Shown piece by piece: positions 9,419-19,828 of a DNA stretch of 64,000 bases; the first letter of the stretch is position 1, and each line of letters opens with the position of its first letter. The notes beneath the pieces were generated by a model. It was not told the origin of the DNA. It made no database searches and saw only the letters and a list, made by a program, of their open reading frames with translations. This DNA comes from Aureliella sp. (lineage in GTDB: Bacteria; Planctomycetota; Planctomycetia; Pirellulales; Pirellulaceae), in NCBI GenBank assembly GCA_963691875.1, contig OY829846.1:4000001-4064000 (forward strand), in the 5' to 3' direction. The position numbers were made by a program, and so were the translations under genes.

Positions 9419-11788
9419 TTGACTTTTCTGCATATCTCCTTGTTGGCAGGTGTCGCGGCGATCACCGTTCCGATCATGATGCACCTGTTCGGTCAGCGAC
9501 AACCACAGCTGATTGATTTCCCGGCGCTGCGTTTCGTGAAGGAAACCCGACAGGAACAAAGCACTAGCTGGCAACTTCGACACATCCTGTTGCTCTTACT
9601 CCGGATACTGCTTCTCGCTGCACTGGCACTTGCCGTCGCGCGACCTCGAGTCCACAGCTCTTTGATCAACAGTATCTTCAGCGTTTCTGCCGTGGCGGTT
9701 TGCGCTGCCTTGGCAACAGTCGTGGCCTTCGCGGCATTAGCCGGCAGGCGTTCGAGAACGGTTTTGCTGACCTGCAGTATCATTGCCCTCGGCTTGTGGG
9801 TCATCACGTTCGTGTGGGGCGTACAAAGCTTCTCCGGTAGTCCACCGGTTCCAACTGGCGACAATAGCGCGCCAGTTGCTGCAGCGATCATCGTGGACAA
9901 CGGACCAACCATGGCTTACCGCAATGACAATTCGCTGCGTTTGGAAAGCGCGAAAGAACATGCAACTTGGGTGCTCGACAAACTACCGCGGGAAAGCAAA
10001 GTTGGCGTGCTGCTCGGAGCTCCGGTCAGCTCACTTGTCCTAGATCCGACAACGGCGAAGACCCAAGTCAAGTTGCTAGAAACACGCGGCGCTCATGTCG
10101 ATCTTCTTTCAAGATTGCGAACCGCGATCGACCTTGTACTCAAAAGTGAGCTGGAGCGAAAAGAAATCTACATCATCACAGATATGATGGCTCCCGCTTG
10201 GTCTACGCCGCAACCAGGATTGCAAGAACTTCTGCGAGAGCATCAAGGAGAAGTGCTCGTTCAGATCATCGACACTGGCATTCAGGACACGACAAACTGG
10301 TCGCTGGGAGATCCACAACCAAACTTTGAGTCCGTCGCAGTGGGCGGCAATGTGGAGATTGAAGTCCTGATCCAAAGACCATCGCAAACACCGAAAAACA
10401 CAAGTGTTACGGTAGAGCTGCTAAAGGAAAAAATCGACCACCGGCTTCCTATCTTGCGTAGCGGAGAATTGAAAACCGCTCAAAGCTCAGTCGTGGATCG
10501 TAAAGTCCTCGATCTGTCCGATAAGACATCGGAACAAGTAACGCTCAAAGCGAACAGCCTCGAGAGAGGTGTTCATCACTTTACGATTCGTATCGACAAG
10601 ACTGATCCCTTGGCTATCGACAACGAGCGATTTCTATCCATCGAAGCCAGGCCGATCCAACCGACTTTGGTGATCTCTGACAATGTTTCATTGGCCGAAC
10701 AGATCCTAGAACCTATCGTCGGTACCTTTGGAAAGTCGTCTTCCGGTGCGCAAACCAGCGCCAACATTCGCTTCTCTCAGATTGGCCAAACACCACTCGA
10801 GCGGTACTCGCTTTTGTGGCTCGACAATCCTCCGCCGATGTCCGAACAAAATGCGACCAAACTTGTTGAGTTTGTAGAGCAGGGCGGTAGCATCCTGATG
10901 ACTCTCGGACCCAATATGGGTAGCGTTGAAATCAAGAACAACGCGTTGGCTCAATTTCTGCCTGGACAGCTCGAAGAGCTCACCTCGCGCGATCGTTTTA
11001 ATTCCGACGCTTTCCTGACACCCGTCGCACTATCGCATCCGATGTTCCAAGATTGGGGTGATAGCATCACCGATCAAATTTGGAATCGCTTTAGCATTTA
11101 CAACAATTGGAAATTCGACTCACTCTCCGAAAATGCGGCAACCATCATGCAATATAGCGATAATGACGCGCCCGCCATCATCGTGGAAAGCGTTGGCAAA
11201 GGACAGATACTCACCTTTACCACTCCGCTGCCCGATGTGCCCCAAAGAGATCGGCCCGAATGGAACAACCTGTGGAGTATCGACAATCCGTACGAGGCCT
11301 TCTCCCTGCTTCGAGGTGCACTCGCAAGTTTGTACGGGGCTTCTCGAGAGAGTCTGAATCATCAAGTCGCAACGCCGATCAGCCTGCGAAATGATGAAAC
11401 TCGTTGGCCTTCAAAATACGAGCTTTATATGCCCAATGCGAAAACGAAACGGGTCGAGGCGATATCTGGCAGCTTAGATGTCGGAACGTTTGAAGGTGTC
11501 GGCATTTATCGCTTGCGTGGGCTTAGAGGGGACCCCATCACTCGCGGCTTTAGCATCAATGCTCCAGCCGCTGACACCGAACTTATCCGAATCGACCCCA
11601 CTGCGCTCGAAGAGTTACTGGGCTCCGAAAATTATCGAGTCGCCAGCAATCGCAGTGAAGTAGAAAGCAGCGTTGGACAAGCTCGTTTTGGTCGTGAACT
11701 TTACCCAATGCTAATGCTATTGGTCGCTGGCCTATTCTTAGCAGAACAAGCCATGTCCAATTTGTTTTACAAGATCAAGTTTCGTTAG
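9419..11788 (+). CDS. BatA N-terminal domain membrane protein with vWA-like domain
   Basis: MTFLHISLLAG..VPIMMHLF..FPALRFV..LLLLLRILLLAAL..ARP is the BatA double-TM signature; C-terminal TM. Confidence 0.85.
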   Translation: MTFLHISLLAGVAAITVPIMMHLFGQRQPQLIDFPALRFVKETRQEQSTSWQLRHILLLLLRILLLAALALAVARPRVHSSLINSIFSVSAVAVCAALATVVAFAALAGRRSRTVLLTCSIIALGLWVITFVWGVQSFSGSPPVPTGDNSAPVAAAIIVDNGPTMAYRNDNSLRLESAKEHATWVLDKLPRESKVGVLLGAPVSSLVLDPTTAKTQVKLLETRGAHVDLLSRLRTAIDLVLKSELERKEIYIITDMMAPAWSTPQPGLQELLREHQGEVLVQIIDTGIQDTTNWSLGDPQPNFESVAVGGNVEIEVLIQRPSQTPKNTSVTVELLKEKIDHRLPILRSGELKTAQSSVVDRKVLDLSDKTSEQVTLKANSLERGVHHFTIRIDKTDPLAIDNERFLSIEARPIQPTLVISDNVSLAEQILEPIVGTFGKSSSGAQTSANIRFSQIGQTPLERYSLLWLDNPPPMSEQNATKLVEFVEQGGSILMTLGPNMGSVEIKNNALAQFLPGQLEELTSRDRFNSDAFLTPVALSHPMFQDWGDSITDQIWNRFSIYNNWKFDSLSENAATIMQYSDNDAPAIIVESVGKGQILTFTTPLPDVPQRDRPEWNNLWSIDNPYEAFSLLRGALASLYGASRESLNHQVATPISLRNDETRWPSKYELYMPNAKTKRVEAISGSLDVGTFEGVGIYRLRGLRGDPITRGFSINAPAADTELIRIDPTALEELLGSENYRVASNRSEVESSVGQARFGRELYPMLMLLVAGLFLAEQAMSNLFYKIKFR

Positions 11789-11827
11789 TTCTTTCTTGCC
11801 GCTAGCCATTCGCCGTAAGGTCCAACC

Positions 11828-14119
11828 TTGGAACTTTTCGATCAAATCAGCCTCGATCCCGTCTTCGGCTGGACCATTTTGGTTCCAGTGGCGGTTCTGT
11901 TGATTGCCAGCTTGTGGTTATCCTTTACGAGCCAGGGACTCAGTCGCTCGAAACGCTTCACGTTGTTCATGCTGCGTTTCGGAGCCATGCTGATTCTCAT
12001 CCTTGGCTGTCTTCGCCCTAGTTTGGTCTCCGAAGTCACCCGAGAAACGCCCGGCGCCATTGCTGTCCTGATGGATACCTCGAAGAGCATGGAGTTGCCT
12101 AGCGAGGCATCCGACATGACACGTTGGGAAGCGCAGATTCAAATTTGGAATAGGATTGAGTCCTCGACGAATCTGACCCTTGGTGAAACCAAGATCATTC
12201 CGTACTTTTATTCTGACAAGCCTGTCCCCGTCGATGCCGAAGATCTGCCCAAACTGCAGAAGAGCTTCGGGAACGAACCTACCGGCCGCGTCACTGACTT
12301 GGGTCAAACCCTCTCCGAGATCTCGCAATTGCAGGTAGAACCACCTTTGCGTGGGGTCATTTTGATTGGCGATGCGACGCAAACGGTTGTTCCAGCGACT
12401 ATTGACCCTAGCTTGATCGCGCGGCAGATGGGTCAACTCGATCAACCTGTCTTGATGGTTGGTCTTGGAAATCGAGGTGATGCGAGCCAGATTCGCGATA
12501 TTGCCGTGGAGGGATTGCCTGAGAAGTACCCCGCTTTCGTCAAAAAAGAGATCGGGGTGCGTTTTGTAGTCAACGCCAAGGGGATGCAAAACCGACCAGT
12601 GCAGCTTGAACTCCGTCTGCGAGCAAGCGGCAAGAAAGACATCCTGGTTGGTACCAAGAAGATTACTCCTGCGCGATCCAAACAGCTACTCCCGCAAGAA
12701 TTCACAATCGAAGTCGACGAGGCTGGCGATTACTTGCTGGAAGTCAGTGCAATAGTGGATGGTGACGACCAGATTCCTTCCAACAACACTGCTCTCAGCT
12801 TCATCTCAGTGCGCGAGGGCGGAGCCAAGATCCTGCTCATCGATACGGTACGCTCTGAATCGCGCTTCACGCGTCTTTCTATTAGCGATTCGCCCGACTT
12901 CGATGTCGAGTACTATCCCATGACAGTGCTTGACCGTAAGAACCGCAGAGGCCAGCCAAAGCGAATTGAGCAGGATATTGAGTTCCGTGACTACGACGTC
13001 ATCATCATCGGAAATGTCCACCAGTCCGAAATCTCTCCGGCGGCTCAACAAGCCATCGTTCGTCGTGTTCGCGAGGGCATGGGCATCATCTTCACTGGAG
13101 GATACTATAGCTTCGCCGCCGGAGGTTATGGCGAGTCACGGATGCGCGAATTGTTCCCAGTTGAATTAGGCCGGGGCCAAGGCCAACGCTTTGACCAGCC
13201 CATCAATCGGAGTTTTCATGTTGAAGGCGATGTGAAGATTCAAAAGATCACCAACCCTCACCCAATCACCACGATCATGACCGAGCCAGAGAACTCGGAC
13301 ATGTGGGCCGCCTTGCCAGCGCTAGACGGAATGAACCGGTTGAGCCCGAAAACTACCGCCCCTGGTGTTCAAGTCTTGCTGATGAGCACAAATTACGATC
13401 CCATTTTGGTCAAGGGACAAGCAAGCAATGGGCGCGTCCTATCTCTCGCCGCAGACACAACATACCGCTGGTGGTTGGCGGGAAAAAAGAATCTCTGCAA
13501 GCAATTCTGGCGACAGGCTATTTTGTGGCTGATCAATCGGGAAAACCTGAGCGAAGGTTTTAAGCTCGACATGGAAACGCGCAGAATGTTGGTCGACCAA
13601 ACGCCCGACATGAGCATTCAGTGGTTTGCTGGTACAGAAGAAAAACCCATGCCCGAAGACGCAAAGATTCAACTCTCTCGCGATGGCCTGGAAATAAATA
13701 CCTTGATCCCAACCAAGTCAGGTCCAAACCGAATGGAGCTTCGGTTGAGCGGACTTCGTCAGCCTGGTTTGTACCGAGCGAAGCTAGAAGCCAAAGAATC
13801 AGACGGAACGTCTTACCAAAGTGACATAGCCTTTGTGGTCAAAGATGAATCGCGTGAACTCGCTCGACCCGATGCGGATTGGCAAATGATGAAAAATATC
13901 GTGTCCGCAAATCAAGCTGCTGAGGGCCGATTGGTTCTGCCAGATGAAATCGACCGAGCGATCCAATTGCTCAGAGATCGGCAAGAGTCAGCTAAAATAA
14001 CCTCAATTGAGAAGCGTCAGCTTGGTGATTCACCAGTCGACTCCTGGGCATTTCTTGTTGTATTTTGCGTTCTGATGAGTATCGAGTGGGGTCTGCGGAA
14101 GTCCTGGCAACTCCCTTAG
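11828..14119 (+). CDS. Membrane protein with vWA-like and glutamine amidotransferase-like domains
   Basis: N-terminal TMs, VLMDTSKSM, YDVIIIGNV..GMGIIFTGGYYSF, C-terminal EWGLRK TM motif. Confidence 0.82.
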   Translation: MELFDQISLDPVFGWTILVPVAVLLIASLWLSFTSQGLSRSKRFTLFMLRFGAMLILILGCLRPSLVSEVTRETPGAIAVLMDTSKSMELPSEASDMTRWEAQIQIWNRIESSTNLTLGETKIIPYFYSDKPVPVDAEDLPKLQKSFGNEPTGRVTDLGQTLSEISQLQVEPPLRGVILIGDATQTVVPATIDPSLIARQMGQLDQPVLMVGLGNRGDASQIRDIAVEGLPEKYPAFVKKEIGVRFVVNAKGMQNRPVQLELRLRASGKKDILVGTKKITPARSKQLLPQEFTIEVDEAGDYLLEVSAIVDGDDQIPSNNTALSFISVREGGAKILLIDTVRSESRFTRLSISDSPDFDVEYYPMTVLDRKNRRGQPKRIEQDIEFRDYDVIIIGNVHQSEISPAAQQAIVRRVREGMGIIFTGGYYSFAAGGYGESRMRELFPVELGRGQGQRFDQPINRSFHVEGDVKIQKITNPHPITTIMTEPENSDMWAALPALDGMNRLSPKTTAPGVQVLLMSTNYDPILVKGQASNGRVLSLAADTTYRWWLAGKKNLCKQFWRQAILWLINRENLSEGFKLDMETRRMLVDQTPDMSIQWFAGTEEKPMPEDAKIQLSRDGLEINTLIPTKSGPNRMELRLSGLRQPGLYRAKLEAKESDGTSYQSDIAFVVKDESRELARPDADWQMMKNIVSANQAAEGRLVLPDEIDRAIQLLRDRQESAKITSIEKRQLGDSPVDSWAFLVVFCVLMSIEWGLRKSWQLP

Positions 14120-14415
14120 TTCTGTTGAACAAGTGGAAACCCGAAGCATCAGCGCCGAGAACGCCGATTTACACAAGACAATAAACCACCCAAAATAGCG
14201 GTTTAGCCACACTCACCCCTTGCCGATCATGGAATAATATTTGGCATAAGTCTTGAATATTGATGTTCGCTGCCTGGCTTGCTCTGAATCCAGATGGACT
14301 GTGTAACGTAAATTTGCCCGTCAACGCGTTGTGAAACTGGTTCAAGCACGGTTAAAAGAGGCTGAGGGCGTGAAGCAGGACAGTTGTCCCATCCAACTCT
14401 TAATTTGAGATCGAC

Positions 14416-15663
14416 ATGAAAGATAGCTACGACGTCATCGTCATTGGCGGAGGTCCTGCCGGCTGTACTGCGGCAAGCTTGGTGACTGAAGGTGGTCAGT
14501 CTACATTGCTGCTGGAACGTGAGAGTGTTCCGCGATTCCACGTCGGCGAATCGTTGATGCCAGAATGCTACTGGCCGCTCCAGCGCCTCGGCATGGTCGA
14601 TCGAATGAAATCCAGCAAATTCACGAAGAAGAAGAGCGTACAGTTCGTTGGAGCCAGTGGTCGCACTTCCGCACCGTTCTATTTCGAACAAAATGATCCA
14701 CGCGAGAACAGCACGACATGGCAAGTCGAGAGGGCCGACTTCGACAAGATGCTTTGGGATCGAGCGAGTGAGCTGGGCGCTGATTGTCACGACGAAACGC
14801 GAGTGCTTGATATCCTTCTCGATGACGACGAACGTTGCTCTGGAGTAAAAGTCCGTACCAAAGACGGCGAGGTCAAGACGATTGAGTCCAAAGTCGTCAT
14901 GGATGGCTCTGGACAGTCTTCCCTGATCGCCAACAAACTCGGGCTTCGCGAAGACATCCCGTCTCTTAAGAAAGCTGCAATCTGGAGCTACTACAAAAAC
15001 GCCAAGCGAGATGAGGGCGACAACGCGGGTGCGACAATCGTGATGCACACCACCGAAAAAGACAGCTGGTTCTGGTATATTCCACTGAGCGATGACGTAA
15101 CCAGCATCGGCTGTGTGGGTGACAATGACTACATGCTTAAGCAAGGAATGAAGAGCGAGGAACGCTACAATGTGGAGCTCGAGCGATGCCCAGGATTGCA
15201 GTCTCGCCTAGAAGGTGCTGAGCGTTGTGACAAAGTGCACGTTGCCAAGGAATATTCCTACTGGACGCATCGGCATGCTGGAGACGGCTGGGTATTGATC
15301 GGTGATGCTTTCGGGTTCATCGATCCGCTCTACTCGTCTGGCGTCTACTTTGCTCTGGTCATGGGTGAGAGAGCTGCCGACGCCGTCAACGCGGGCTTTC
15401 AGAAGAACGATCTTGGTGCTGGCCAACTTAGTTCGTGGTGCGAGAGCTTCAAGCAAGGTTCGAGCTTAATCCGCAAACTGGTTGAGGCCTTCTACACCAA
15501 AGAATTCAGTTTCGCAGGCTTCCTAAAAGACAACCCGGAGTTCCAAGGCAACTTGACCGACTTGCTGATTGGCAGGATTTTCTACGACGGGGCTGGAAAC
15601 ATCTTTGACGAAATGGACCCCGCCGTTGCTAAGGCTCAAGCTGGAAAGATGATGGCGTCGTAA
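14416..15663 (+). CDS. FAD-dependent oxidoreductase, flavin-dependent halogenase-like
   Basis: GGGPAG Rossmann motif, PRFHVGESL, WFWYIP (WxWxIP), GDAFGFIDPLYSSGV. Confidence 0.85.
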   Translation: MKDSYDVIVIGGGPAGCTAASLVTEGGQSTLLLERESVPRFHVGESLMPECYWPLQRLGMVDRMKSSKFTKKKSVQFVGASGRTSAPFYFEQNDPRENSTTWQVERADFDKMLWDRASELGADCHDETRVLDILLDDDERCSGVKVRTKDGEVKTIESKVVMDGSGQSSLIANKLGLREDIPSLKKAAIWSYYKNAKRDEGDNAGATIVMHTTEKDSWFWYIPLSDDVTSIGCVGDNDYMLKQGMKSEERYNVELERCPGLQSRLEGAERCDKVHVAKEYSYWTHRHAGDGWVLIGDAFGFIDPLYSSGVYFALVMGERAADAVNAGFQKNDLGAGQLSSWCESFKQGSSLIRKLVEAFYTKEFSFAGFLKDNPEFQGNLTDLLIGRIFYDGAGNIFDEMDPAVAKAQAGKMMAS

Positions 15664-15969
15664 CCGTGGGCTTCGTGCACTTGACGCAGCCTACGGCTAA
15701 TGTCTCGCTGCAAGCGCCGGTCAGAAGCGCGGTATATCTTTGGGTCTCTAACGTTGTGTCTTTCTGTTGGCATAATGGCAGACTACCGGCACGAATTTAC
15801 AACCGAGCCGAAGCTTTCTACGCACTTGAACGCTTGCTTTTTCTTGCCACGATAGAGACGCGGCCACAATGAGGCTCAAGGAGCTCGTCTGTCCAATCCT
15901 CGTTGGCAACATTGCTCCCGCCTCGCCAACAGTTCTTCGGCCTGCCTGTCCATTTTTTTGAGACCCAAC

Positions 15970-16218
15970 ATGCCACGCACTGCGCGCGAAGTACTCGACC
16001 AAGAATTCCTGCAGATCCGAGCCAAGATCCTTGAGATTGGTGCATTTTATGATCGCCTGGGCGAGGCAGAAGCTAGCAACATCAGCCAGGAGCACCTTGA
16101 GTTACTAAATCGCGGCTGCGAAATCCTCAATGACGATCAAGGAGACAAGGCCGCCCGAATCCAGTTGCTCTTCAGCCGCGACTACGACGCCGACTGGCGC
16201 GACAAGTTTGCCCTCTGA
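15970..16218 (+). CDS. Small hypothetical protein (helical, acidic)
   Basis: ATG start, protein-like composition, 49 nt upstream of the TatD-like gene. Confidence 0.7.
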   Translation: MPRTAREVLDQEFLQIRAKILEIGAFYDRLGEAEASNISQEHLELLNRGCEILNDDQGDKAARIQLLFSRDYDADWRDKFAL

Positions 16219-16267
16219 CGTTTCGCGAACCATTTCTCCAATACTCCATTTCGCCCTGAGTCCTCAT

Positions 16268-17110
16268 ATGTACTATGTCGACCCCCACATCCACATGGTT
16301 TCCCGCACGACGGACGACTACGAAACCCTGGCAAAGATGGGCTGTGTCGCCATGAGCGAACCTGCGTTTTGGGCGGGGTACGATCGCGGCAGTGTGGATG
16401 GTTTCCGAGACTACTTTCGACAGTTGACTGACACCGAGCCAAAGCGAGCGGCACAGTACGGCATTCAACATTTTACATGGCTATGCATCAACGCTAAAGA
16501 GGCTGAGAACGTAACGCTTTCTCGCGAAGTTATCGCGATGATCCCAGAGTTTCTCGACTGCCCGAATGTGCTTGGCATTGGTGAGATTGGCCTGAACAAA
16601 AACACCAAGAATGAAGCCACCGTGTTCCTTGAGCACATGGAACTGGCCATTGAGCACGATCAGCAGATTCTGATCCACACGCCTCACTTGGAAGACAAGT
16701 ACCAAGGTACAAGGATGATTCTCGACATGCTCTGTACTGATTCTCGTGTCGACCCAAGCCGCGTGTTGGTGGACCATGTCGAAGAGCACACCATTGAACT
16801 AGTACTGGAACGTGGCTTCTGGGCTGGCATGACTCTCTATCCAATCAGCAAGTGTACACCTCAGCGTGCTGCTGACATGATCGAGAAGTATCGCTCAGAG
16901 CGACTGATGGCCAACTCGGCTGGTGACTGGGGCCCAAGCAAGCCGACTGCTATCCCCGACTTAATCATGGAATTGCGTCGACGCGGTCACAGCGAAGAAT
17001 TCATTCGCAAGTCAGTATACGACAATCCAGTCGCTTTCTTCTCGCAAAGCACGAAGTTTGATTTCGTTCGCCCCGAACATCGCAACTTGGGTGAGCAATC
17101 TTCGAACTAA
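16268..17110 (+). CDS. TatD-family metal-dependent hydrolase (EboB-like)
   Basis: DPHIHMVSRTTDDY, GIGEIG, IHTPH, VDHVEE, NSAGDWG. Confidence 0.85.
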   Translation: MYYVDPHIHMVSRTTDDYETLAKMGCVAMSEPAFWAGYDRGSVDGFRDYFRQLTDTEPKRAAQYGIQHFTWLCINAKEAENVTLSREVIAMIPEFLDCPNVLGIGEIGLNKNTKNEATVFLEHMELAIEHDQQILIHTPHLEDKYQGTRMILDMLCTDSRVDPSRVLVDHVEEHTIELVLERGFWAGMTLYPISKCTPQRAADMIEKYRSERLMANSAGDWGPSKPTAIPDLIMELRRRGHSEEFIRKSVYDNPVAFFSQSTKFDFVRPEHRNLGEQSSN

Positions 17111-17155
17111 GGAGTTCACTGGAACTTAGGCCTTGGCCGATTCTTCCTTGCCTGG

Positions 17156-18766
17156 CTACTCGTAGAATCGGCTCAGCCCGCGAATGCGATTGATCATGAC
17201 GTGCATGCAGAGCGTAATGACAATTAGGCCGCACAAAAAGATTGCAGCAAAGTCTGGCTTGTCAAAAATGTCTCCTTGGTAAAGCCAACAAAGTGTACTG
17301 TACGCAACGAGACACAGTACACTCTTCGCGAACAGAAACCTGCGTTGGTAGTACATCGCACTCGACACAATCATCATCGGATAGCCAATCAGCAGAAGAG
17401 ACCTGGGTGGCTCCGCAAAAGCGATTAGCACGGTATAAATCAACGCATCCACGCAAAGCCAAGAGTAAATAGCTGCGTCCCGCCAGCGAGCCAAGTCGAC
17501 CCAGCTCTGCAAAAAGAACGAACCACTCAACCAGATTAGCAGCAAGCCCATACGATAGTAAAAATGCTCCGAGTACTCGCTGCGAAGCATATACGACACG
17601 CATACGATGATTGTGGTAACACCGATGCCAAGCGTATGTGCCGCTAGGATGGGTTCGCGTTGCCACCATTTGGTCAGTCTTAGAGCTAGCGATTCTTTGG
17701 GACTTTCAATGGGTTCACCTTGAAGCAAGCGCTGCAAGTCAGCTGCTAGATCAGCCGCCGTTTGATATCGCTCTGCGGGCTCTTTCTCAAGGGAGCGTAG
17801 GCAAACCCAATCCAATTCCGAGGACACATTCTTGTTCAGCTTAGACGGCTTTGCTGGCCGGCGACTGAGGACTTGCATAAGGACGTCAACGGGAGTTGGG
17901 CCGGAGAAAGCGGCTTGACCCGTGTTCAGAAAGTAGAGAATGGCCCCCAGAGCGTAGACATCCGCGCTTGGTCCGATTGCCTTTTCCTTGCCCGAAGCGT
18001 GCTCTGGCGTCATGTAGGCAGGCGTACCCAAGATTTGGCCTGTCGCCGTCAGCGATTGGTCACTGGCCACGACTTTGGCTAAACCAAAATCAATAATGAC
18101 CGGCTGACCGGCCTCGTTGATTATGACATTCGCTGGCTTCAGGTCGCGATGATAGACGCCAGACTCGTGTGCGTAAGCGATGGCGGAGCAGAGCCGATGC
18201 ACAATCTTGATCGCCTCATTTGCTTTTAGCGGAGATTCCGTTGCCAACGCTGCTAAGCTCTGCCCTTCGATGTAAGCCATCGTGTAATAAACGAGACCAT
18301 TCCAAGTGCCAACTTCAAAGATGGGTACGATACCTGGATGTGAGAGCGCTGCGGCCGCTTCCGCTTCGCTCATAAATCGCTGGACTTCCTCTTCGCTTGC
18401 TAGTTCCCCGGAGCGAATTAATTTCAGCGCGACGATGCGTTTTAACTTCTGATCCTTAGCCTTATAGACGACCCCCATGCCGCCACGATCAATCTCTTCG
18501 AGTATCTCGTAATCGGCCAAGAAGCGTGGTGGATTGCTGGCGATTGAACTCTCTTGCGCGGCTTGTCTCGTCGCTTCAGCTTGCTCTCTGACTTGACGAG
18601 CATCGCTTTTACCCGAGAACTGCTCGTGAACCTCAAAAAACGCTTTCAGTTCATTCGCATGCGAGGGGTAGCGAGCGACGAGCTGATTGGGGGACTGAGG
18701 TTGTCCTTCTTCTGCCGCCAGCATGAACTCGGCGATGATTTGTTCGATGCTCTTCGATTCTGACAT
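17156..18766 (-). CDS. Ser/Thr protein kinase with C-terminal multi-pass membrane domain
   Basis: RGGMGVVY, VALK, HRDLKPAN, DFG, GTPAYMTPE, DVYALG; about five hydrophobic helices at C-terminus. Confidence 0.93.
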   Translation of the reverse strand: MSESKSIEQIIAEFMLAAEEGQPQSPNQLVARYPSHANELKAFFEVHEQFSGKSDARQVREQAEATRQAAQESSIASNPPRFLADYEILEEIDRGGMGVVYKAKDQKLKRIVALKLIRSGELASEEEVQRFMSEAEAAAALSHPGIVPIFEVGTWNGLVYYTMAYIEGQSLAALATESPLKANEAIKIVHRLCSAIAYAHESGVYHRDLKPANVIINEAGQPVIIDFGLAKVVASDQSLTATGQILGTPAYMTPEHASGKEKAIGPSADVYALGAILYFLNTGQAAFSGPTPVDVLMQVLSRRPAKPSKLNKNVSSELDWVCLRSLEKEPAERYQTAADLAADLQRLLQGEPIESPKESLALRLTKWWQREPILAAHTLGIGVTTIIVCVSYMLRSEYSEHFYYRMGLLLIWLSGSFFLQSWVDLARWRDAAIYSWLCVDALIYTVLIAFAEPPRSLLLIGYPMMIVSSAMYYQRRFLFAKSVLCLVAYSTLCWLYQGDIFDKPDFAAIFLCGLIVITLCMHVMINRIRGLSRFYE

Positions 18767-18883
18767 ACTGACTTGAATTGGTTTCGCTGGTTTCGGAATT
18801 CGATATTCGAACCTTGGCGCCAACGACTGGGCGTTAAACGAGAAATCCGGACTCACTTGCTGAGCATCGTGCTTGTGTTGTCC

Positions 18884-19474
18884 TCAATCTACGGATTCGT
18901 CGGCGTACTCGCCCTTCAGCTTCTGCGTCCCACGGAAAATCAGACCTGCGACAGCCTCGGGGGACTTGTCTAATTGCTGGCCAATTTCAGCCAAGGTCGC
19001 GCTGTGCCAGTATTTTAGGATGATTGCCTGCCGCTGATCATGAGTCAGCTTCAGCATGGCTTGGGCTAACACATTTGCTCGCTCATGTCGATGCACCGCA
19101 GCACTCGGCGACGAACCATCTGCACTCAACAAATTGGCCAACTGCAGTGATGACTGTTCAACCGCTTGAATCGACTGCTCCCGAGCCACATCACGCCGTT
19201 GGCGGGAAAAGTCTCGAGCCAAACCGCAGAGTACGTTACCAAGAATTGTTCGCAGCCAACCTGCTTTCTCAGCATCGCTTGAACCTCGAAACTGCTGCTT
19301 GGCCTGATAAGCCTGCAACATCGTTTGCTGGACGACGTCAGACGCATCCACTTTGCTCTTCAGTCGATTGTGCAGCTGTGTCTCCGCCAGTACTTGTAGG
19401 TAAGAGCGAAATGGCTCGAATTCACCGCTCGCTTCTGGGGACTCAGTTCCTGACTCGGCTTCGCTTTCCGACAT
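18884..19474 (-). CDS. ECF sigma-70 factor, kinase-associated type
   Basis: DASDVVQQTML region 2, WLRTIL, SSPS linker, region 4 TLAEIGQQLDKSPEAVAGLIFRG; co-oriented upstream of the kinase. Confidence 0.9.
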   Translation of the reverse strand: MSESEAESGTESPEASGEFEPFRSYLQVLAETQLHNRLKSKVDASDVVQQTMLQAYQAKQQFRGSSDAEKAGWLRTILGNVLCGLARDFSRQRRDVAREQSIQAVEQSSLQLANLLSADGSSPSAAVHRHERANVLAQAMLKLTHDQRQAIILKYWHSATLAEIGQQLDKSPEAVAGLIFRGTQKLKGEYADESVD

Positions 19475-19648
19475 AATCAATCCAAACAAATTGTCTCTGA
19501 AAGCACGCATGATAGCCAAAGCTACATGAAAAATGATAGTCGAATCAACATTGTCCCGCTTCGAAACCTCAGGTTTCGTTGGCAGAATGCCACGCTAGGT
19601 TACGCTTAACTAGAAATCAGGATTCAAGTATTTGCTAAGGAGTCAGAA

Positions 19649-19828
19649 ATAAATTTGTTTCCCAAGCTGTCGTTCGGACTAGCTCTCATAAGTTGGATTC
19701 TCTCCATCGATTCCTCAGTTGCTCAAGCTCAAGCATTGCGGAAGACCGCATCGAAGGAAAAGCTCGGCCTCAAGGCAATCAGACTCGGACGACAACCTAC
19801 CCTACGAAGTACACATTGCAACTTATGA
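19649..19828 (+). pseudogene. Possible remnant of a secreted protein gene
   Basis: AAGGAG at 19637-19642, then ATA (possibly mutated ATG) opening INLFPKLSFGLALISWILSIDSSVAQAQA, a signal-peptide-like sequence; frame closes after 59 codons. Confidence 0.3.

Noticed and set aside
14227..15144. 305-aa minus-strand ORF
   Set aside because: Antisense shadow of the flavoprotein gene; no recognisable motif
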